A program made the translations under genes and the position numbers. The notes beneath the pieces are model-generated. The model did not search any database. It worked only from the letters and a program-made list of their open reading frames with translations, and was not told the DNA's origin. This document shows, piece after piece, positions 44,135 through 54,781 of a DNA stretch of 54,978 bases. Every line of letters begins with the position of its first letter. Position 1 is the first letter of the stretch. Origin of the DNA: a virus (taxonomy: Duplodnaviria; Caudoviricetes); the IMG/VR virus record IMGVR_UViG_3300012930_000006, positions 1-54,978 of that record. The stretch is one strand, 5' to 3'.

Positions 44135-44853
44135 TTGTCTGCCGACCTCTTGAAATTAGACTTGACAAATTTGTAACCGGCACATCGCCGATCCGAGAAT
44201 TCCATACGCGCCCACGTCTCACCTGCGAAGGTCACGATCTCTCCCTGTGACCGAATCCACATCGGGCTGCGGCCTAGCCGCATCGACAAGCCAACTTGAG
44301 ACATGGTCTCACCTGGCTTTGAAGCGAGGTATGGACTATTTGGGAGAGGTTCAGACATCATCTATCCGTGGCCTATTTGCCCTGCGGTTTGGTACTCGAT
44401 CCGCAACTTCAAAAGGCGAAGCTGGGTGTCACGAAGCTTAGGCAGAAATATCTCGGGGAAGTGCTGACAGAGCCTTCGCTGTCCGAGTGCGAGATTCAGC
44501 CGCCTGCGCCGTATAAACTCGTAATGTTGTCGCCGTGTCATGCGGGCGATCATCTCGTTATGCTGGTTGCACAGCGATTCCCAAAGCCTATCGACCTCGG
44601 CATCCGACATTTCGAGGTAGTCCTCGAACAGCATGAAGTTGTCTTCGTCATCATCCATCTGACGATTGCCCATCATTGCGACGCTTAAGAACCTCGCCGG
44701 CCCATTTGAGAGCATCACTTGTTGGCGGCGTGATCACACCTAATCCGGATGCGGCATAGAAGAACGTCAGTCCGGCTGCGGCCTCTGGATATCGCCGCAT
44801 GGCCTCTACCAGAGCGCAGGAAACTAAGTCCTGTTCGACCAAGATTGATTTGC

Positions 44854-45099
44854 TCATAGCTTTGATTCGCCAAGCTTTTGCAGAATGAGATTGCCGAGCC
44901 GTTTCCAGAATCCATGTGGCTTCGGCTCCCATAGAGCCCCATTCTGACATTCTCCATTGCGTGCGTGATCAGCATATCTCCCGGTCGCACCGCAGCCACT
45001 AAGGACCTCAATTTAATAGTCGCGCCTATAAAAGCGGCATGTTGCGCATCCTCGGATAGGACGTCGCTCTTGTGAAAATGCGAGGCTAATGACGTTCAT
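44854..45099 (-). pseudogene. Cys-rich small gene with one in-frame TAA
   Basis: MNVISLAFSQERRPIRGCATCRFYRRDY*IEVLSGCGATGRYADHARNGECQNGALWEPKPHGFWKRLG...; TAA at 45013-45015; ATGA overlaps at both ends. Confidence 0.6.
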
Positions 45100-46916
45100 T
45101 TGTCTGCCGTTGGTTTATCGTCGCCGCTATCACGGTTAACTCGATCGCCATCATCCTCGTCAGGAGGCAATGACTGCTCAACCGTGGACAGCAATTCACG
45201 TGCGCGCCGAAAATCCGCAACGGACAATGCTGGCGCCGGCTTGTTGTCATCATAGGCCAGGAGTTGCACGTTCAGATCGGCCGTGTCGTGATCCCACGCC
45301 TCAGCACATTCGGCAAACGGCTTGAGCGCCGACCGCAGCCGCTCGATCTCGTTAGCGGCTTCATCGTATCGGCAGCCAGCCAAGCCAGGCTCTCCGAAAG
45401 CCGCCCTACGCATTGTCGTTTTATGACGCAGCCAGTCTATAAGGTCCATTTGCTTGCTCATCAGGTATCGGTGACCGCAGTTTGTTCGCCGGCAGCGTCC
45501 AACATCGACGACCAATATTCATCGTAGGTTCGCACTGGCCCATCCGCGATGTACACCATTCGCTCGCGCATGGCGTCAGTGAGTTTGGCCGGAACGACCG
45601 CGTATCCTTCAAAAATCAATTGCAGGAGCGCGTCATTCCCGATGATCTGCGCCGGCGTTCTCCGAATCATGGCTTGTCCACACCCTCACCGTCGTTGCAT
45701 CTTGGCAAGAGACTTTCGATGGCGATAAGTTTTGCCTCCTGTTCTTCGGTCAAGCCAATCTGGGCGTCTTGCCGTAACCCAGCCATGTATTCTCGATAGA
45801 GAGCATCAGGACTACATTGCTCGATCGGAACGCCATTGATTGTGTGCCGAGTCATCGTCAACAAACCTCTGTTATTTTGTAGGTCTTGCCATCGTTGCCG
45901 CGCCATCCGCCGTGTTTCGATGCCACCACCATATAGGCACCGCCACAGAACGCCCCTAAACAAAAGCAGGAAATTGCCAGCAAGAATTCAGCCACGGTCA
46001 ACCTCTTTGATATCGTTGGCCACGCGCATCTCGCGCCAGTCGCTTTCGGGGAAAACGATGGGCTCGCGAACACCGGCCCTGGCCATCATCCATCCCTCAG
46101 AGCTGGCGAGGTAGCGATAGACTCTGCCACCGAAAGAGACGCGGGTTGCGCAGAGGTCGTATACGTCGCGAAGAATGTCGGTCATTGATCAGCCTATGTG
46201 ATGACGTTGAACTTTATGGCAGAGAATTGATGACACGCTGTCGAAAATCGCATCTCTCTATTTGCGCCGCCGCCTGCGCCATCTTGATAGCTTCCTCTGC
46301 ATCCGCTCTTGTAGAAAATATAAAACGGCCAAAGCCGGCAACATACCAAGGCCGATCACTAAACACCGCACCATCGAACTCGGCTTTGAGAAGATTGAGA
46401 GCAGCCATGTTCAGTCCCTCAATGTTAGCGGATCGCTTCCACGCCGCCCTCAGTAAGATGCAGGGTCCAATCTTCAAGATTTCTGGTATAGCGGACACCC
46501 TTTGGTGATTCCCAAAAGACAAGCCCGTCACTCTGCATACGCGATGCCAGGGAGCGATCCGGCAGTGTGAGACGATGGCCCGGCAGCTTGCCGCCCGCCA
46601 GGCTGAGGTATTGTAAAAGTTTCTTCCGTGGCTCTGTAAGTGTTCGCATCTCAGTGTCTCGCCATCGTTGGATCAGTCGTAAGAAAGGTCTTCGTCAAAA
46701 GCTTGGCTAGGCGAATATCCATCCTCGAAAAACCCAAGCCAACATTCCGCACCCGTCGTTTGCCAAAGCGATCCGCTACCATACGGATAACCTCGGCTTG
46801 CGCTCTCGGTATCCAGGGCGTCCATGTATTTCTCGAATTCCGCTTTTGTCTCTGGCTCCATCTTGCTCAGAGCCTTGGCATCTGATAGGTACATGATCAT
46901 GTCTGCGGACCTGAGA

Positions 46917-47144
46917 TTATTGGGCGTACTCGCCGCCGAGATCCTCACGGAAGGTGAGCGGCTTTGGTCCGGTGAACGTTCCATCCGGCCTGACGATGGT
47001 CACCTCGTCGACCGGCACCATGCGAAACACTGGTCGCCCCTGGCTCGTGACCAGGAACGATTCGCCGTGCTTATAGACCAAATGCGCGTACTCGCCCGGC
47101 GAGGCGCGAAGCTGCATCATCGTGATCGTCTTCATGGTCCGCAC
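46917..47144 (-). CDS. Phd/YefM-family antitoxin-like protein
   Basis: MKTITMMQLRASPGEY..LV...GESFLVTSQGRPVFRMVPV. Confidence 0.75.
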   Translation of the reverse strand: MRTMKTITMMQLRASPGEYAHLVYKHGESFLVTSQGRPVFRMVPVDEVTIVRPDGTFTGPKPLTFREDLGGEYAQ

Positions 47145-47415
47145 CTCATGTCATGATACATCGCCACGTCGCCGCAGCGCGAGCACGTGGTGCTTGATCC
47201 GCAACCGTCGTCGCTCGTCCATTCCGGCCCGTTCCATACGTGCTGGCATGGGCCATCCGGGCAAGCGCAGTAGCATGGGCCAGAGTGCGAGGCGTGGGCA
47301 CCTACTTTAGCTGGGTCCCATCCCATCTTCTTGCACGTGGCCTCGACGACCGCGCGCAGCCCTTCATCGCGCTTGCGTTTGAGTTCGTCGAACTCGGCGT
47401 CAGTAGGGCGCGATT

Positions 47416-47778
47416 TCATTTTTTGTTCCATGGTTTGAATGCTTTGAGCATGTAGATCTCCGGCCACGTTCCATCGAACGTCAAGGCGCGATCGTCGATC
47501 GTGATCATTGCCGCCGGCTTTGCATCAGGCCAGCCGATCGCCTGGACGAGCTTGGCGTCGTCGCTGTGGGTCAGAAGCCAGTCCTGCATGGCATTGATGC
47601 CGCCGGCCTGTCCTGAGCGTGATGAGTAAATCTGGACGTCGAAGTGATCGAGTGCGCGCCGTAGGAAGTCGATTGCGCCCGGCACTGGCGGATCGGGGAT
47701 GATCTCGGCGCCTTTCCACCTGCTCGCGTAGCTGTGGATCACACCGTCAAAATCCATGCAGAGGATAGGCTTGCTCAT
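47416..47778 (-). CDS. HAD-superfamily phosphatase-like protein
   Basis: LCMDFDGVIH (motif I), IYSSR, KP and IDDRA. Confidence 0.8.
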   Translation of the reverse strand: MSKPILCMDFDGVIHSYASRWKGAEIIPDPPVPGAIDFLRRALDHFDVQIYSSRSGQAGGINAMQDWLLTHSDDAKLVQAIGWPDAKPAAMITIDDRALTFDGTWPEIYMLKAFKPWNKK

Positions 47779-48910
47779 TTCGCATTTCTCGCCTTGCGGG
47801 TCTGCGCCTTCGCCTGGCGGAGCTGAGCACGTAGTGGGTTGATGTGAGGTGGCACACGCTTCGCCCTCCGTGCCGGCTTCACCGGCTTGAGCTTGCGGCG
47901 CACGTAGGGCAGGCGTGGGCCGATGAAGTCGGGGCCGTAGATGAGGTTCATGGTATATTTCCTTCGGCTTTGGCGATGACGCTATTGGCTGCATCAAGTT
48001 TGTCGAGCATCACCTGATAGTTTGTATTGCTGATGCTCGCGCGAATTTCGTGCGCAAAAGCGCCCCAAACGCCAGTGATCTCGTTTCTCAGCGAACGGAG
48101 CGCAGCAAGCATATCAGGTGCGGCGGCAATCAGATGGCAGTTGGCGTCCCAAATATCGGAATCCTTAAATCCAATGCTAACATTGCATATAATTCCCTCG
48201 CGCTGGTTTAGACCTTCCGCGAAGATGCGTCCCAGATCGCCCTTGTCGGCTCTATGCCAGGGGCCTGGTGTATGTTCAATGTTGTTCACAGAGTGCCTCA
48301 CCAGAATTTGAGTGCGAAGTGCACTACGGTAAATCCGATTGTTCCCCAAAAGATGAGGACAGCGATGCTTGCGACTACTATCACGACGATAAACCCGGCC
48401 GGTAATTTGTCTACTGTGCTCACTGTGTGGGACCTCGCGAAAGTGGATTTAATCCGATGACCAAAGCCACGGTCCACAGGAGCACAGCGCACCCAATGCA
48501 GGCAGCCAATTGCCATGCTTCAGGCGGCGGACCAACAAAGAAGGCGATTGCGGCGGCGATGGCATAGCCGCTCGCCGCACCAACGATGAAGTTGATCCGA
48601 CCGTTGTGTAGTGAGTTCATGTGATTAAACCTCCGCCGGTCGCTTGAATGCCTCGTCCACGCGTTTGCTCCATTCCTCTTTTGGGAACGATCGCGCGTAG
48701 AGGAACGCGATCAGTTCACCAACGCCGAACCCTCCACGGCAATCCCGGCCGGCAAGATCGACCATCGCAGGCTGCGGCGCGTACACGTGGCAATAGACCT
48801 CGTAGGCCCGCAAGGTGACTTCAGATGGCATCACGGCGCGCGGTCGAACTCGCGTCAGCTCGTGGACCTGGATTGGATGGAACTCGGTCATAGTATCTCC
48901 CGATGTCACG

Positions 48911-49294
48911 TCAGCGGACGTCGATGCTTGGAATGATCGTCGCCGGATTGAACGTCACTTTGTAGTGGTAGACGCTGACCTTGGCCGGTTCGAGTTGCTC
49001 GGAAAAGAAGGTGACATTGTCGCTCAAGCCGAGGAAGTGCTTCTTGTAGTCGCTCGGCGCCGTCTTGCAGGTGACGGTAATCTCCTTCGGCACCGACTCG
49101 CCGCGACCGATCGAGCAAAGACCCTCGATCTCCAACATGTATTTGTCGGTGATGCCGTTGTAGAACACGATCCGGCGATTGATGCCGAAATTGTCGGCGG
49201 CTTGAGAAATGTTCTGAGAAGCCACGTCGGCCTCTTTAGCGCAGGCGCCGAGCGTTGCAGCTAAAGCGATGATCGAAAGAATTTGCGGTTTCAT
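48911..49294 (-). CDS. Phage lipoprotein
   Basis: Lipobox LGAC; ADVASQNIS..ADNF.INRRIVFYNGITD. Confidence 0.75.
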   Translation of the reverse strand: MKPQILSIIALAATLGACAKEADVASQNISQAADNFGINRRIVFYNGITDKYMLEIEGLCSIGRGESVPKEITVTCKTAPSDYKKHFLGLSDNVTFFSEQLEPAKVSVYHYKVTFNPATIIPSIDVR

Positions 49295-50065
49295 TTCTTG
49301 TCCTCGGTTGTCGTGTCACTGCGCTTCGTTGTAGGCGGCGATGGCAGCGGTCTTGTCACCGCCGAAATAGATCACCTCGTCATGATCGGTCACGCGGTAG
49401 GCTTCGCCATCTGTCTCAAACTTCTTTGCCGAGTCTCCGCCAAAACTTGCCGCAAATTGACGCCACGATTTATCGACAAGCCAGTAGTTCAGGGCGTCTT
49501 CCGTGAAGGTGTGACGTGCCATCTTCGTTTCCTCGGTTACCGTGTTACTGCGCTTGGAGTTCGCTGAAAGCATTCCGAACGATGTCCCATGCTTCGTTGA
49601 AACCGACGATTGAGTCGTCGTATCCTTTCTTCATCTCGCAAAGGACATTGTTGAGTCGATGGTCGGCGGTGCTTTTGACGTGGGCGAGCGCTTCACACCA
49701 GCCCTCGACATACTCACGAGCGCAGAGCATCTTTGCGCGCCTCTCGTCATCGCTCTTGTAGGACCATCCGCGGATCTCGTGGCCGTTGAGGCTCACGCTG
49801 ATCTCGCCTTGGTCATTATCAATCACGCGCGGTTGCATGGGTCTGCTCCTACTGTATATGCGGATCGGTTAGCCGGTGTGAGCCGGCTGCTTAAGAGCTT
49901 CCTCAATCGCTCTCAGGCATCCCTCCAGAGTGTCGCACGCTTGCGCTTTGGTGCGTCCAGTCTGAAGGTCGATTTTTGCGTTCATCACGCGCCCGCCCGC
50001 CGCCTTTAGCGCCTCCTTGAGGCGACCGTTTTCGGCCATGATGGTCGCAACTTCATCGTGATGGC

Positions 50066-50275
50066 TCATATTTTCCTCGTCCGTTTGTACGTCGTCGTTG
50101 CACCTTCGCTCTCAAGCCCGAGAGCTTCTAGGATCAGCGGTCCCGGCTTGCGGCGATCGTTGATGACGTCGCCGACGTAGCCGGGGGTCAGATCGTGCTT
50201 ACGAGCAAATGCCCGCTGACCCCCGGCCTTGGTGACGGCCGCCGTTAGCATAAGGCGGACTTCCAGCTCGGTCAT
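50066..50275 (-). CDS. Small HTH protein
   Basis: AGGQRAFARKHDLTPGYVGDVINDRRKPGPLILEALGL. Confidence 0.7.
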   Translation of the reverse strand: MTELEVRLMLTAAVTKAGGQRAFARKHDLTPGYVGDVINDRRKPGPLILEALGLESEGATTTYKRTRKI

Positions 50276-50706
50276 GTCAGGCCACGATGATCTCGTAGCC
50301 GACCTTCGGCAGGTTCGCCTTGAACCACTCGCGGTCCTCGGACGTGAGTGCCTTCATCTCGTGCATGAAGCCGGTCGGCGTCTGCTCTGGCCGGAGGCCG
50401 AAGTAATCCTTCATGGCCTGGACGAAAGTCATGCGCTTCATCTTCGATCTCCTGGTTGCCTTGTTTCAGTGACCGCACTGTACGCGGACAACGCGGGCAA
50501 TGTACAATCACGTTCTCGTGATCAATTGTTACAAGATCCAACCATAGGAAGTCACTGGCCGCGGCGCGTCCCGACGCCTTGCGGAGAGCCTAGATAGTAC
50601 ACCAGGGCCTTTCGGTGTTCCCAGTGTGCGCCGCTTTCTATCGCCGCGTAGTAACCGGGCCGGTTATCTCCCCAGAGCGACCGCGAGCGGGAACGGTCCA
50701 TGGCTC

Positions 50707-50889
50707 TCACCGCGATTCGTGATTTTCCTCCCATGCCTTGAGGGCATTAAGGGCATCAAGAATTGTTCCCATGACCCGATCCGGGTGTCTGCCGCTCAAA
50801 ATCAGGCCAGGGACATCATCGGAATATATCCGCAGACCTCCATCATCGCGGCGTTCAAGGGTGATTTCTATTTTCTGTTTATATTTCAT
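50707..50889 (-). CDS. HicB-like antitoxin N-domain protein
   Basis: IEITLERRDDGGLRIYSDDVPGLILSG; no DNA-binding C-domain. Confidence 0.6.
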   Translation of the reverse strand: MKYKQKIEITLERRDDGGLRIYSDDVPGLILSGRHPDRVMGTILDALNALKAWEENHESR

Positions 50890-51729
50890 GTTTGGTCATC
50901 CAGTGACGAGTTCTCAATGCACTGATCGACCACCATCGATGATAGTCGGCGTGAATGGAGAGCGCGGAGGCGGTCCCTCCTGGCTGGAATGTTCGATGGC
51001 TTGTTCAAGGTGATCGAACTGATCGCGCTTGCGCTGATAAAGGTCGCGATACCACATTGGCCGCTGTTGGTGCCAACGCACACCAATTCTGGCGATCTGA
51101 AATCCCCATTGCAGACAGCGGTCATTGTTGCGGTATCTATAGGCGTGAAGCCAGCGCCCTTCGCCGGATCGCGGAAGGCTGACTGACAAGATCCATGACC
51201 ACGTCATGGAGTGAGGCGAGTGCCAAGAAATGATATTCCACGTTCCGCGGCCACTAGTCCGGCCGATAAGTGCGAGACCTTTCATGGTGTTTCCTTATCC
51301 GTTGACGGGCCATGTGCAGATGCCGCTGCCTTGAGCGCGGCGAGCGCTCGCTCGATATAGGGCTCGCGGCTAAGCGGTTCGCAATCGTAGACCATCTCAT
51401 CCCACGAGATCGGTTCGCCAATTCCAGGCCACCAGTTTTTCTTTATAGGACGAACTTCGTAGATTGCCCGCGCCGCCGCCATCACTTGGGTTTCCGTTGG
51501 TTCGCTCATCGCTGATCCACTGACGCGCCCTTATTGCCGTCGAGTTCGTCGCAACGTTTCCAAAATCGCTCCATCGCGCGCTTGACCATGGGGCTGCATT
51601 GATCGCCAAGCCGGATTGAGTTTCGATGATCCTGGCACGGGCACGGGAGCTCGACCTTGGAGCCGCGGAAGTAGCTGCCCTCGATTGTGGTGACGCCCGA
51701 GCCGCCGCAAATCGTGCAGGTATCTGTCA

Positions 51730-51897
51730 TCAGGAAATCACCTTTTTCTCAGGTTGTAGTAACGAATACGCAATAAGGGTCGGCAGACTTTCTACATTGT
51801 TGTCGATAGCTGCTTCCATAAGTTATCGGATCTGGCGCGCACATGCTTTGCTGCATGTGATCTGCACCTCGATGTGCCATTTAACCTGCTTAGTCAT
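51730..51897 (-). pseudogene. Small gene with one in-frame TAA
   Basis: MTKQVKWHIEVQITCSKACARQIR*LMEAAIDNNVESLPTLIAYSLLQPEKKVIS*; TAA at 51823-51825; the final TGA overlaps the next ATG. Confidence 0.45.
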
Positions 51898-52082
51898 GAT
51901 CCAATCATCCCCTATGGTTGGCTTGTGTAAATCATTACACCGGCCGCAATAAGCATTTCTCCGGCATAAAACTTCCAAGAAAGTGTTTTTGTCGGCCACA
52001 CCTTGTCAAGCAGACGCAGCGCTGCCATACAGCAAACTCCAAATGCCAGTATATGAATTGATTGCATGTCTGCTGTTCTCCT

Positions 52083-52607
52083 CTATGCCAACACGATGCC
52101 GGTTGCGGCGTCAATCTTGAGCAGATGAAGCGGGCATGTGATCACGCCGTCGATCGGCTGAATACTACCGAGAGATGCCTTGCGATGCGGACAAATCCAT
52201 CCGGCTTTGCCGCGGACGCATTGATGACCAATATAATGTTTGTGCATCTCGGTAAGTGGTCGCGGGTCGGCGCGCTCCGGAACCCAAATTTCACTTTCGA
52301 CGGAAATGCATTTACGACGGCGCAGCGTTGGATCCGTTAGTGGGACAGCCGGACTTCCCCATCTTTCCAGATGAGCATGTAAGGGATGAGAAAGTGTTTC
52401 GCCTCTGTATTTCGCTTTGAGCGGCAGAAAACGAGAATCAACGTGATAGTGTTCCCGTTTGAAATTGAAAAACTCTTTATCATCGTGCTTTGGACCGATC
52501 ACCGGCCATGCACGGATGAGATTATTCCACTTCGCTGTCACCGTCCAAACAAGGTAGTGTTGTCCGGCGACAAGTGGCTCTGTCAATTTGTCGACGCGCT
52601 CGATCAT
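52083..52607 (-). CDS. Protein with C-terminal Rieske-type [2Fe-2S] motif
   Basis: WICPHRKASL...GVITCPLHLLKIDAATG (CxH...CxxH). Confidence 0.75.
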   Translation of the reverse strand: MIERVDKLTEPLVAGQHYLVWTVTAKWNNLIRAWPVIGPKHDDKEFFNFKREHYHVDSRFLPLKAKYRGETLSHPLHAHLERWGSPAVPLTDPTLRRRKCISVESEIWVPERADPRPLTEMHKHYIGHQCVRGKAGWICPHRKASLGSIQPIDGVITCPLHLLKIDAATGIVLA

Positions 52608-53028
52608 CGGTCTACTGTTTCCGTATGGTTGGCTTAAAGCCCCCACCAGTGATTAAGCGTTCCGACAAACCATGCGGTGTCCATCGTGAACCACGCGAGC
52701 GCGAAGCCGCCGGCAAATCGAAGTTCGTTCGGTGTGATCGGGGCGCCAATCACGATGCGGTGGATGAAGTCTATCATGACGCTACCGCCCGCATCCTGTC
52801 GAGAGCCGATCGGCCGTGGAGCGGATCCCCGCAGAACTCCTGGGTGGTTGAGCGGGGCGCCGCGAGGGCAAACGCGAGCTCCATCATGGTTTCCGGCTCC
52901 GGCTCTTCGGCCTTCATGGTGTGGCCGTGGGCTTGGCCCTTGTAGTTTTCGGCATAGCGGGCCTGCTTTACTCGCCTGGCGACCCGGCGCTGCTCGAGCG
53001 TGAAGTACTTCTTTGGAGTCGCCATACC

Positions 53029-53301
53029 TTATCCCTCCATCATCAACCAGGAAAGAGACACGGCGTGCACCGGCAAGGTGAAGTCGGCGCGCGCCAGCAG
53101 GTCGGCCAGCACGATTTGCCGGAGAGCCGAGGAAAGGTTTTGCGGCTGATAGCTGGCGACCTGGGCGATCAACGCACCGACTCCCAGATCCCGCTCGTCC
53201 GCGATACGCTTGATCTGGCCCCAATAGCATTTTTCGACGCTGATTGAGGTCTTGTGGCCGTCGACGACGACGGATCGCTTGTCGATCGATTGGAAAGTCA
53301 T
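53029..53301 (-). CDS. Ribbon-helix-helix protein (RHH_4-like)
   Basis: KRSVVVDGHKTSISVE..YW..IKRIA....GALIAQV....NLSSALR. Confidence 0.8.
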   Translation of the reverse strand: MTFQSIDKRSVVVDGHKTSISVEKCYWGQIKRIADERDLGVGALIAQVASYQPQNLSSALRQIVLADLLARADFTLPVHAVSLSWLMMEG

Positions 53302-53723
53302 TTTGGTGTCCTTGTTCCGTAGCGTTCGCCGGTGCGGCGGTCGACCACCTGGCCGCTCATGGTGCGCTTGCGTGTGTCTTGCCGACCGCCCGGAAGCGGG
53401 CAGCGTGACGAGACAACGATCCCCCGATCGGCATCGCCCAGGCGTTTGGCCTTGGCGATGGCTGGGATGTCGTAGAGGCTGGTCTTGAGCTTCCAGCAGG
53501 TGCGGGTAAGCACCGCGCCGTTATCCGGCGTGTCATCGCCGTCGAGCTCCTTGCAAACGATGTGTTCGTAGAAGATATTGCCGACGGGTCCGAGGCGGGT
53601 GTTGCAGGGATTGCCGTGTAGGATCGCCATGAGTTGGGGCACCCGGTGGCATTCGCAGATGCGGCCAGATCGGTCCCACATCTCGCGCTTGGCGCTCGCG
53701 CTGAATTCGCCTTGGCGGGACAT
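53298..53723 (-). CDS. Degenerate HNH-like protein
   Basis: EFSASAK..RSGRICEC..YEHI..LDGDDTPDNGAVL..C.KLKT..DIPAIAKAKR. Confidence 0.65.
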   Translation of the reverse strand: MSRQGEFSASAKREMWDRSGRICECHRVPQLMAILHGNPCNTRLGPVGNIFYEHIVCKELDGDDTPDNGAVLTRTCWKLKTSLYDIPAIAKAKRLGDADRGIVVSSRCPLPGGRQDTRKRTMSGQVVDRRTGERYGTRTPK

Positions 53724-54333
53724 CAGTTCCTCCCGTGCAGAGCTGCGTTGCGCCGCGCGATCACAGTCTCGATTTCGTCCAAGGCATTCGAATAAATGCG
53801 ATTATGGATTGGCTTGGTATCTTCGTAAGCGCGTATGAATGCCGCCATGAGATCGATCGCTCGCCACATTGTATCGTGATCGACCTCGTCGCCATCGTGG
53901 AGGTGGAGTTCCGCCATCACCTCCTCGAATACCCAGATTTTGCCGCCGCCGCGGCATTTCAGCGTGCAAACCCCGCCGCTCATGTGCGCGCTCCCTTTCG
54001 TTTGGCGCGCCGCGCCGGACGGCGTGACGTCTTGGCCTTGCTCGGCCGCCGCTGCGCGGGTCGGGATGGCGCTACGACTTTCGGGCGCGCTGGGTAGGTC
54101 AGAAACGGGTTGGGGAGGTGCTCGGTCATGTCGCTTTCTCTGTTGCTTGGCGCTCGCGGCGCGTGATTTCGGCGCGGCATTGGTCTCGGTATGCCATGAT
54201 GGTTGTGTGATGATCCCAACGCTCGCCATTAGCAGCGTCGAGCAGCCAATTCCATCTGCCGAGCTCCTGCCGGAGTGCGGCGAGCGGCGTACGCTCATAG
54301 GGCTGTAAAGGCGGATAGACGATGACGGACATA

Positions 54334-54642
54334 TCAGCCCTCCACCTTGGCGATGGTAGCAACGTTTGCACGCCGAGCGATTTCAGTCGCCTCGTCGCGA
54401 GCATATTGCTCGGCGACACGCTCAAATGTGGTTTCGGAATGCGGCCAGAATTTCATGCCGCCGATACGGGGCGACATTCCGGCGCTGAGTTTGGTCAACC
54501 AATCGATGCGCTCAATCTGCTGTACCGAGGCAAATCCGGCCCGATGCTGCGAGAAAGTAAAGGTACCGATTTTCTGGATTTCCCCGGTTGAGCGGAGCGT
54601 GCGGAGCGCTTTCGCGAAGTCTTGAGTGTTGGGTGTCGTCAC
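54334..54642 (-). CDS. First gene of the leftward arm, hypothetical
   Basis: GTG start with a GAGGGGG RBS on the minus strand. Confidence 0.6.
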   Translation of the reverse strand: MTTPNTQDFAKALRTLRSTGEIQKIGTFTFSQHRAGFASVQQIERIDWLTKLSAGMSPRIGGMKFWPHSETTFERVAEQYARDEATEIARRANVATIAKVEG

Positions 54643-54663
54643 GGTATCCCCCTCAGGATTTGG

Positions 54664-54679
54664 TGTTTCATGTGAAACA
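54664..54679. promoter_or_regulatory. parS-like site
   Basis: TGTTTCATGTGAAACA, one mismatch from the bacterial chromosomal parS consensus TGTTTCACGTGAAACA. Confidence 0.7.
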
Positions 54680-54683
54680 CATC

Positions 54684-54772
54684 CTAATCTTGGGTTATGC
54701 CGAATTCAAACCACAAGTTAGCATATCAGGTATGCAAAAATAGATGTTTGGAAAGAACGAACCTTAGATTAG
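54684..54772. promoter_or_regulatory. Divergent early promoter region with inverted operator-like pair
   Basis: AT-rich; CTAATCTTGGGTT (54684-54696) and AACCTTAGATTAG (54760-54772) are inverted with 2 mismatches. Confidence 0.5.
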
Positions 54773-54781
54773 TGTTTTGTG

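Larger units (their letters stand above)
44131..54642 (-). other. Leftward early arm of many small, translationally coupled hypothetical genes
   Basis: Dense chain of short minus-strand ORFs with ATGA/TGATG overlaps. Confidence 0.75.
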
